Source: an uncultured Bifidobacteriaceae bacterium
Lineage (GTDB): Bacteria > Acidobacteriota > Vicinamibacteria > Vicinamibacterales > UBA2999
Direction of reading: 5' to 3'
Length of the DNA stretch: 48,754 nt
NCBI GenBank assembly: GCA_964526235.1
Contig: CAZGLC010000004.1
Span: 1 to 48,754, forward strand
Positions 1-5,333 of the stretch are shown piece by piece. Within the stretch, counting starts at the first letter, position 1. Every line of letters starts with the position of its first letter. A program made the translations under genes and the position numbers. Below the pieces are notes generated by a model. The model saw only the letters and a list, made by a program, of their open reading frames with translations. It searched no databases and was not told the origin of the DNA.

Positions 1-55
1 GAAAGCGTCTTGTCCCGTAAGGGGCACGTGGGTTCGAATCCCACCCTCTCCGCCA
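1..55 (+). tRNA. 3' two-thirds of a tRNA-Ser (anticodon NGA; the 5' part lies outside the window)
   Basis: The end of the anticodon loop (GA-AA) is at 1-4, followed by the anticodon-stem 3' half GCGTC. A long variable arm TGTCCC-GTAA-GGGGCA forms a 6-bp stem with one G-U pair. The T-arm is GTGGG-TTCGAAT-CCCAC, the acceptor 3' half is CCTCTCC, the discriminator is G, and CCA is encoded at 53-55. The long variable arm, G73 and a GGAGAGG-type acceptor indicate a class II tRNA-Ser. Confidence 0.85.
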
Positions 56-71
56 TTCTTTCAGCCAATGA

Positions 72-228
72 AATTGGGCCGCCGTCTCGCTGCTCGAAAA
101 CGGTGTGTCGATCGACAATGTGCCGGTTCTCCTGGGCCACTCGTCCGTTCGCATTACGGAGCGGGCACTACAAGCCGTGGGTGAAAACGCTGCAGAAGAA
201 GCTCGAAGACGAGGTCCGGAAGGCTGGG
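72..228 (+). pseudogene. Tyrosine recombinase (phage-type integrase) C-terminal fragment, 5'-truncated and frameshifted
   Basis: Frame 3 from 72 reads NWAAVSLLENGVSIDNVPVLLGHSSVRITER. Frame 1 from 166 continues HYKPWVKTLQKKLEDEVRKAG. Together these give the LLGHSS..T..Y box II motif containing the catalytic Tyr. One extra G in the run CGGG at 162-165 breaks the frame. The roughly 300 N-terminal codons are missing, because a stop sits at 69-71 and the tRNA lies immediately upstream. Confidence 0.7.
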
Positions 229-258
229 GCTAACTCTGCTACTCTGAAAGCAACCGAT

Positions 259-576
259 ATGAAGAAGAAAACCCCAACCCTGACGCGGGCCCGAATTCTC
301 AAGGCTCTGCGGGATCACGACGAGACGCTCAAGAAGTACTCGGTCGAGCGGATTGGGCTCTTCGGCTCGTACGCGCGGGGCAAGCCGAAGCGCGGCAGCG
401 ACATCGATTTCCTCGTGGAGTTCGAGAAGCCGACCTACGACAATTTCTACGATCTCATCGTGTATCTGGAGAAACTGTTTGGCAGGAAGGTCGAAGTCCT
501 AACCCCGGACGGCGTCGACAGTATCAGGGTTCCCGAGGTTGCTCAGAGCATCCGTGACAGCGTCGTCTATGTCTGA
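259..576 (+). CDS. MntA-like nucleotidyltransferase (type VII antitoxin family, minimal NTase fold)
   Basis: The ATG at 259 lies inside ORF 10-576. The motif GLFGSYARG....SDIDFLVEF is the GS-x9-12-DxD signature of minimal nucleotidyltransferases that pair with HepT/DUF86 toxins. Confidence 0.8.
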   Translation: MKKKTPTLTRARILKALRDHDETLKKYSVERIGLFGSYARGKPKRGSDIDFLVEFEKPTYDNFYDLIVYLEKLFGRKVEVLTPDGVDSIRVPEVAQSIRDSVVYV

Positions 577-723
577 GCGCGGCGACGTTCCCGCTCTGAA
601 GCGTGTTGGCTCTCACGTTAATCCGTAATTCCCCCGACCGATCTGCTCGGATTCTCCCAGTCACGAAATAGCTGATCGCTGAGCGCAGCGTGAGAAGGCG
701 TTCAGGCTCCTCGATAGGGAGCG

Positions 724-912
724 GTGCAGGCGCTCAACGTGTGGTTCGATGATCCGCAGAAAGAGCACGTCTCGGAAGAGACATCCGAAGAGGTCATCCT
801 TGTCAAGGACAAGGACGGAAAACTCATCGGCTTCGAGGTGCTGAACTACCTGTCTGCGGACGAGGCGAAGAATGTCACGGTGCTTTCGGTTGAAAGCGCG
901 GTCGTGAGCTGA
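724..912 (+). CDS. DUF2283 family protein
   Basis: This is a 62-codon ORF with a GTG start directly after in-frame stops. The segment ...SEEVILVKDKDGKLIGFEVLNYL matches the conserved D.dG.lvGiEil core of DUF2283 (recalled from memory, not searched). Confidence 0.55.
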   Translation: MQALNVWFDDPQKEHVSEETSEEVILVKDKDGKLIGFEVLNYLSADEAKNVTVLSVESAVVS

Positions 913-930
913 AAAAGGGAGCTGCCTCGG

Positions 931-1127
931 ATGTCTGCTGACGACGCGAAGAACGAACCGAACGGGCGCATTCATCGCATCTTCCTTGAGGAGGGCACTT
1001 GATCGACGAGGCACTCGCGCAAGGCGTGCGCGAGGCGATGCTTCGCCACAAGAAGGACGGTCTCCCGGTCGTGATCTATCGCGATGGAAAGACCGTGTGG
1101 GTCAAGCCAGAGGACCTCGGCTTTTAG
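931..1127 (+). pseudogene. Small gene apparently split by a frameshift (hypothetical, antitoxin-sized)
   Basis: ATG 931 to TGA 1000-1002 encodes MSADDAKNEPNGRIHRIFLEEGT. This overlaps a second ORF from TTG 999 to TAG 1125-1127, which encodes LIDEALAQGVREAMLRHKKDGLPVVIYRDGKTVWVKPEDLGF. The two read as one about 65-aa protein if 1 nt is removed near 1000. Confidence 0.3.
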
Positions 1128-1139
1128 GATGGCATTGTG

Positions 1140-1244
1140 ATGAACCTCGGATCCACCGTCCGGATTCTCAAGGAAGATGGCACCTTCATCGCGCACGTCC
1201 CGGAGCTTGACCTTTCGAGCTGCGGCGACACGGAGTCGGCCTGA
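1140..1244 (+). pseudogene. HicB/UPF0150-like antitoxin, N-terminal fragment only
   Basis: The 34-codon ORF MNLGSTVRILKEDGTFIAHVPELDLSSCGDTESA matches the eedG.y.A.vPeL.gc...GdT.eEA core of HicB-like proteins. It stops inside the conserved helix. Confidence 0.45.
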
Positions 1245-1267
1245 ATTCTCCCACTCAGCCTGGCACG

Positions 1268-1296
1268 TTGACACATTTACGTATTGGTGCCAATGT
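1268..1296 (+). promoter_or_regulatory. Putative sigma70-type promoter of the RHH-antitoxin/MazF operon
   Basis: A consensus -35 TTGACA lies at 1268-1273, followed by a 17-nt spacer and a weak -10 CAATGT at 1291-1296. The inverted repeat CCAAT-N4-ATTGG at 1290-1303 overlaps the -10. A GGAGG lies 8 nt before ATG 1316. Confidence 0.3.
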
Positions 1297-1315
1297 GGAT
1301 TGGAGGTTGAACCCG

Positions 1316-1573
1316 ATGCCAACTACCCAACCCGATCGAGCGCGGCTGAGCATTGATGTTCCACGCGAAGCGCGGCGCCGCATTCACATCGCGGCGGCGA
1401 AGCGCGATCAATCTATTCGGGACTACGTGTGGGAGGCCGTCGAGGCGCGCTTGAAGCACGATCTTGCCGACGAGTTGTCGGCCGCCGATCTGGTCGCCCT
1501 CAACGAACGCGCCGATCCGGTGTTAGCGGACCTTTGGAACAACCCAAAGGACGCCGCGTATGACAAGCTTTAG
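1316..1573 (+). CDS. Ribbon-helix-helix (CopG/MazE-like) antitoxin
   Basis: The ATG is preceded by GGAGG. The N-terminal RLSIDVPREARRRIHIAAAKRDQSIRDYVWEAV has the RHH beta-strand/helix pattern. The gene overlaps the downstream toxin gene by 14 nt. Confidence 0.7.
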   Translation: MPTTQPDRARLSIDVPREARRRIHIAAAKRDQSIRDYVWEAVEARLKHDLADELSAADLVALNERADPVLADLWNNPKDAAYDKL

Positions 1574-1898
1574 TCGGGGCGACGTCGTCCTGGTCAAGTT
1601 CGTCTTCGCGGACGAGAAAGGCGCCAAACAGCGTCCTGGTCTGATCGTGAGCACCGATCGATATCATCGAGGCCGGCGAGAGACGATCATGGCTGCCGTC
1701 ACGAGCAACGTCGGCCGCCTCTTGGTGGGAGACTACAAGATCAAGGCGTGGCGCGAATCGGGCCTGCTGTCCCCTTCGATCGTCACGGGCATCGTGAGAA
1801 CGATCAAACACGACATGATTGCCTGGACGATGGGCAAGTTACCGGCTTCAGAGCTGCACTCGGTCGAGGACAAGCTTCGAGAGATTCTGGCGTTGTGA
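1560..1898 (+). CDS. PemK/MazF family type II toxin (mRNA interferase)
   Basis: The start RGDVVLVKF......KQRPGLIVS....... and the later ...AAVTS... motif are typical of the MazF/PemK SH3-like fold. It is 112 aa and is translationally coupled to the upstream RHH gene. Confidence 0.85.
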   Translation: MTSFSRGDVVLVKFVFADEKGAKQRPGLIVSTDRYHRGRRETIMAAVTSNVGRLLVGDYKIKAWRESGLLSPSIVTGIVRTIKHDMIAWTMGKLPASELHSVEDKLREILAL

Positions 1899-2042
1899 TT
1901 CGACACACTTCGCTCACGCTTGGCAACGCGTGAGCTACGGTTGGCAAGCCACGCGAAGGTTGTCCGCCGTAGCGTCAGCGAAGGCGGACTCGTTGGACGG
2001 CTCGCCACGAGCGGGCACGAATTCCGCCATCCGGTGTCCCCA

Positions 2043-2071
2043 TTGACGCAGTCAATGCCGTTCTCTATAGT
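2043..2071 (+). promoter_or_regulatory. Sigma70-type promoter
   Basis: TTGACG (2043-2048), an exact 17-nt spacer and TATAGT (2066-2071) lie 24 nt upstream of ATG 2096, in an otherwise G+C-rich context. Confidence 0.6.
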
Positions 2072-2095
2072 GCATGCCTCGGCTCGACAATTCAC

Positions 2096-2299
2096 ATGGC
2101 CAAGCGACCGTCCGGTCGCCGCACGCCGCCAGGCGCCGGCGCGGCGCGGCGACGATGTCCCGCGTGCCGTTCGTCCGCGTCGACGATTGTCGAGCGCGTG
2201 ATTCGCGGCCAGCGAGGCGAACTGGAAATTACCTGCCGGAAGTGCGGCCGGTCGTGGACGGCGCCGGTTCCGCGCGCGAAGCGATCCAAGGCGGTCTGA
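2096..2299 (+). CDS. Small basic zinc-ribbon protein (hypothetical)
   Basis: The 67-aa ORF lies directly behind the promoter at 2043-2071. It has two CxxC pairs (CPAC ... CRKC) about 27 residues apart. Confidence 0.45.
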   Translation: MAKRPSGRRTPPGAGAARRRCPACRSSASTIVERVIRGQRGELEITCRKCGRSWTAPVPRAKRSKAV

Positions 2300-2334
2300 C
2301 CGCCGACAATGGCATAATCGACGCCCGCATCCCC

Positions 2335-2703
2335 ATGGCGAACACGGAAAGTCCGCCGCCCTCAGGTCGCAACCGTCGGAGCACCGTTCGCGTCCCCCTC
2401 GCGCTGCGTGTCCGCGTCAATTCGTTCACCGAAGGCTACCTGATCGATCTCAGCGAAGGCGGCGCGCTGCTGCGTCTGCCGCGGGCGCAGCAGGCGAACC
2501 GCCAGGTGACATTGACCGTCGAAGGCCAAAGCGAGACGGTACACCTGGCCGCCACCGTCGTCCGCTCGTCGGCCGTGACGGTTGAAGGCGCTGCGCCGGC
2601 CCGAACGGAATATGACGTGGCCATCCAGTTCCTCGATTTTGGCGCGGATACGGCCGCGATGGTTCGCCGCGTCGTCCACGCGCACCGCGTGCAAGGCGCA
2701 TGA
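2335..2703 (+). CDS. PilZ domain protein (predicted c-di-GMP receptor)
   Basis: The internal ATG at 2335 lies within ORF 2074-2703. The RRSTVR (RxxxR) and DLSEGG (D/NxSxxG) motifs are present at PilZ spacing. Confidence 0.75.
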   Translation: MANTESPPPSGRNRRSTVRVPLALRVRVNSFTEGYLIDLSEGGALLRLPRAQQANRQVTLTVEGQSETVHLAATVVRSSAVTVEGAAPARTEYDVAIQFLDFGADTAAMVRRVVHAHRVQGA

Positions 2704-2906
2704 TGCGTCTGCTGCTGTCGCTGGCTGTCGCCGCTGCCGGCTGTGCCGGCGAGCGGACGCCGGCAGGACCGTCGGGTGCATCCTTCGGCGTCTTCGTCAC
2801 GAGCGTGACGAGCACCACCGGGAATCTCGGCGGCCTGGCGGCGGCCGGTTTTACTGCTTCGCGCGCTGACGTCGCTACCGGCTACCGACTACCGGCTACC
2901 GACTAG
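2700..2906 (+). CDS. Small putative lipoprotein (hypothetical; C-terminus encoded by a 7-nt tandem array)
   Basis: An ATGA overlap couples it to the PilZ gene. The signal and lipobox are MMRLLLSLAVAAAG-C. The last 11 codons fall in the GCTACCG array, so the authenticity of the 3' part is uncertain. Confidence 0.4.
   Translation: MMRLLLSLAVAAAGCAGERTPAGPSGASFGVFVTSVTSTTGNLGGLAAAGFTASRADVATGYRLPATD
2874..2906. repeat. Tandem heptamer array (GCTACCG/ACTACCG), about 4.7 units
   Basis: The units are GCTACCG 2874-2880, GCTACCG 2881-2887, ACTACCG 2888-2894, GCTACCG 2895-2901 and ACTAG 2902-2906. The array lies exactly at the convergent junction of ORF 2700-2906 and the MBL gene, and it contains both stop codons. 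Confidence 0.75.
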
Positions 2907-3754
2907 TTCGACGGCGGATTCTTCTTCTGCTCCGCCATCAGCGTGTTCCAGTTCCTTTCCATGTTGTCGACCCACGCGCGGAAGCCGGCAGGATCGATGT
3001 AGGGGTTGGTCGCGCCCGTCCCCAGCCGCGTGTACTTGCCCGCGAGGTCGAAGAACCAGCTGTGCGCCGCCAGGAACACGTCCGGCTTCATCGTCTTGTA
3101 CTTCTTGATGCTCTGAAGGAAGTGATCGGCAACCTCCGGATAATTCTTGTTGTTGACCAGCCGCGCGTCTTCCTGCAGGCCGCCGCACGCGATCACCACG
3201 TTGTACGAGCGGCTGCCCTCCTGCACGGTCGTGTCCCACGTCGTGCAGCCGCGCGTGTGTCCCGGCGTCAGATGCGCGGTCAGCGTGGCTCCGCCCAGCC
3301 GCACCTGCTCGCCGTCCTTCAGCACGCGGTCGATCGGATGCGGCTTCCCGCTCGGGGCTTTCATCGCCTTCAGCCCCGGCACGTCCTGTTCCATCGCCAT
3401 GACCTGCGCGCCGCCCGTCAGCTCCTTGACGATGGCGTCGGCCTGCATGTGGTCGCCGTGGGCGTGGCTGCCGAGGATGATCTTGATGTCGCGCAGCTGG
3501 AACCCGAGCTTCTCGATCGACTGGCGCAGCAGCGGCACCGTCTCCTCGAAGTTCGTGTTGATGAGGATGTGCCCCTCGGGCGTCGTGATCAGGTACGAGT
3601 TGAGCGTCCCGGTGCCGACGTAGTGGAGGTTGCCGATAATCGTGTGCGCCGGAAACGCCACCCGGTCCTGCGTGCGATCTTCGGTGGTCTGGGCGTGGGC
3701 GAGCACCGGCATCAGCATCACAGCGGCCGCGAGCGTCGAGGTCTGCAATCTCAT
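2903..3754 (-). CDS. Subclass B3 metallo-beta-lactamase, secreted
   Basis: The signal peptide is MRLQTSTLAAAVMLMPVLAHA. The HAHGDH motif matches HxHxDH. The motifs YLITTPEGHILINT, TPGHTRGC and a later His (AAHSW) are in B3 arrangement. The protein is 283 aa. Confidence 0.9.
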   Translation of the reverse strand: MRLQTSTLAAAVMLMPVLAHAQTTEDRTQDRVAFPAHTIIGNLHYVGTGTLNSYLITTPEGHILINTNFEETVPLLRQSIEKLGFQLRDIKIILGSHAHGDHMQADAIVKELTGGAQVMAMEQDVPGLKAMKAPSGKPHPIDRVLKDGEQVRLGGATLTAHLTPGHTRGCTTWDTTVQEGSRSYNVVIACGGLQEDARLVNNKNYPEVADHFLQSIKKYKTMKPDVFLAAHSWFFDLAGKYTRLGTGATNPYIDPAGFRAWVDNMERNWNTLMAEQKKNPPSN

Positions 3755-3760
3755 GACGCC

Positions 3761-3770
3761 ATCATATAAT
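3761..3770. promoter_or_regulatory. Overlapping divergent -10 elements (TATAAT on +, TATGAT on -)
   Basis: On the + strand, TATAAT at 3765-3770 lies 25 nt before ATG 3796, with GGAGAGG as the SD. On the - strand, TATGAT (complement of 3761-3766) lies only 6 nt before the MBL ATG (3754-3752). Confidence 0.4.
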
Positions 3771-3795
3771 TGACCGTCCTTTCGGAGAGGCGATC

Positions 3796-5112
3796 ATGAG
3801 CGAGACGGCGACAACGACCGATCGACTGCGAGAGAAAACGGCTGCCGTGCCGCCCGTCCGGCTCCACGAGGACTGGACGGCGGTCGTCCTCGGCGCGACG
3901 GTCCTGGGGCTGGTCCTCCTGGGTCTCGTGCCCGCGCTGCCCGGCCTGCGCTGGATCGACGCCGCATCCGCGGCACGGCTCGTCACGCCCGGGGTGCTTG
4001 GCGCCTGGATCGCTGCGGGTCTCGGCGTGGGGATTCTGGCGGCGGTCGGCCTGGCGCTCGAGGGCGGCGACGTCGCCCGCTTTACGCGCGGCTATCCCGT
4101 CGTGTTTGCGCTCGCCTGGCTGTCGCTCGTGCTCGCCGGCCATGCGGCGCCGATGGCATGGGGCATCGAGTACGTCATCTTCGCGCTCGCGATGGGCCTG
4201 CTGGTGAGCCATCTCGGTGGTGTCACCGAGTCGATTCGCGCCGCGGCCCGCTCGGAGCTCTTCATCAAGACGGGCCTCGTGATCATGGGCGCCACGATCC
4301 TCTTCGGCGACATTCTGCAGGCGGGCGCGCTCGGCATCGTTCAGGCGGTCGCGGTCGTCGTCGTCGTGTGGTACGTGTCGTTCTGGCTGGCGAAGCGCTT
4401 CCGCGTCGACGACGAGCTGGCCGTGATGCTCTCGACCGCCGTGTCGATCTGCGGCGTGTCGGCCGCGATTGCCGCGTGCGGCGCCATCCAAGGCGATCGC
4501 CGCAAGCTGAGCTACGTCACGGCGCTCGTGCTGGTCGTCGCCGTGCCGATGATCATTCTGATGCCGTGGATCGTGCGGCTCGCCGGTATTCCTGACGCCG
4601 TGGCGGGCGCGTGGATGGGCGGCACGCTCGACACCACGCCGTCGGTCATCGCCGCCAGCGCGCTCGTGAGCGACGTGACGGTGAGGATCGGGACCATCGT
4701 GAAGTTCTCGCAGAATGTGCTCATTGGCGTGGCGGCCCTCGTGCTCTCGATGTGGTGGACGATGCGCCAGGCGAAGCCGGGCGGCGAGCGCGCGAGCGGC
4801 GCGTCGGTCATCTGGCAGCGGTTCCCGAAGTTCGTGCTCGGCTTTCTCGCCGCCTCCCTCGTCTTTTCCTTCCTGCTGGGGCCGGAGCTCGTCAACCGGA
4901 CGAAGGATGCGATCGGATCGGTGCGCACGCTCTGGTTCGCGCTCGCCTTCGTCGCGATCGGCCTGGAAACGCGGCTCGGCAACCTCGTGAGCCTCGACGA
5001 GGGCCGTCCGCTCGGCGCGTTTCTCCTGGCGCAGGCGTTCAACGTGGTGTGGACGCTCGTGCTCGCGTGGCTGATCTTCGGCGGCATCCTCTTCGCCTTA
5101 CCCGTGCTGTAA
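3796..5112 (+). CDS. YeiH/UPF0324 family membrane protein (putative sulfate exporter family transporter)
   Basis: This is a 438-aa polytopic membrane protein. The motif STAVSICGVSAAIAA matches the conserved G.sICG.SAi motif of the family. Confidence 0.8.
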   Translation: MSETATTTDRLREKTAAVPPVRLHEDWTAVVLGATVLGLVLLGLVPALPGLRWIDAASAARLVTPGVLGAWIAAGLGVGILAAVGLALEGGDVARFTRGYPVVFALAWLSLVLAGHAAPMAWGIEYVIFALAMGLLVSHLGGVTESIRAAARSELFIKTGLVIMGATILFGDILQAGALGIVQAVAVVVVVWYVSFWLAKRFRVDDELAVMLSTAVSICGVSAAIAACGAIQGDRRKLSYVTALVLVVAVPMIILMPWIVRLAGIPDAVAGAWMGGTLDTTPSVIAASALVSDVTVRIGTIVKFSQNVLIGVAALVLSMWWTMRQAKPGGERASGASVIWQRFPKFVLGFLAASLVFSFLLGPELVNRTKDAIGSVRTLWFALAFVAIGLETRLGNLVSLDEGRPLGAFLLAQAFNVVWTLVLAWLIFGGILFALPVL

Positions 5113-5115
5113 CCA

Positions 5116-5144
5116 CCCCAACGCGCACAAACCGCGCGTTGGGG
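5116..5144 (+). terminator. Stem-loop terminator candidate
   Basis: CCCCAACGCGC-acaaacc-GCGCGTTGGGG forms a perfect 11-bp stem. It starts 4 nt after the stop at 5110-5112. No U-tract follows. Confidence 0.5.
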
Positions 5145-5333
5145 GCCCCGGCTAGGCGCACGCCGCGTCCGCACGGTCCTCCACACAGAATTTGCCGAGC
5201 GGCGGCGGTTCCTGTAACCGGCCGCCTGGCCGCGCCGCGGACGTTCATCGGCCCAGGCCACGCAAGCGCCGCTCTCTGAGGCACTTGAGACGCACGGCAC
5301 GCACGCCTCCGCCACAGGCATGGAACTGGCACC

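Larger units (their letters stand above)
56..2040. mobile_element. Decayed integrative-island remnant adjacent to tRNA-Ser (toxin-antitoxin rich; right border uncertain)
   Basis: An integrase C-terminal fragment starts 17 nt after the tRNA. The stretch is a run of toxin-antitoxin-type genes, several of them truncated or frameshifted. It is visibly A/T-richer: two hand-counted 60-nt lines at 241 and 781 give about 52 % G+C. No att repeat longer than 8 nt was seen (TCCGCCAT at 49-56 and 2023-2030). Confidence 0.45.

Noticed and set aside
10-576. 188-aa ORF starting inside the tRNA
   Set aside because: It is a chimera of three parts: the tRNA 3' end, an out-of-frame and then in-frame integrase remnant, and the MntA-like gene. 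Only ATG 259-576 is a coherent protein.
569-628. 19-codon ORF overlapping the MntA stop as a HepT toxin gene
   Set aside because: It is far too short, and it has no Rx4HxY motif or other HepT signature. It is treated as an empty position or remnant, not as a gene.
661-1322. Minus-strand ORFs 661-1014 and 972-1322 in the island
   Set aside because: They run antisense to the DUF2283, small-ORF and HicB-like reading frames. Their composition is Arg/Ser/His-rich and they show no family resemblance.
2023-2030. TCCGCCAT as attR of the tRNA-Ser island (it matches 49-56)
   Set aside because: An 8-nt match is expected by chance in a window of this size. It is mentioned only as a possible boundary marker and is not called as a feature.
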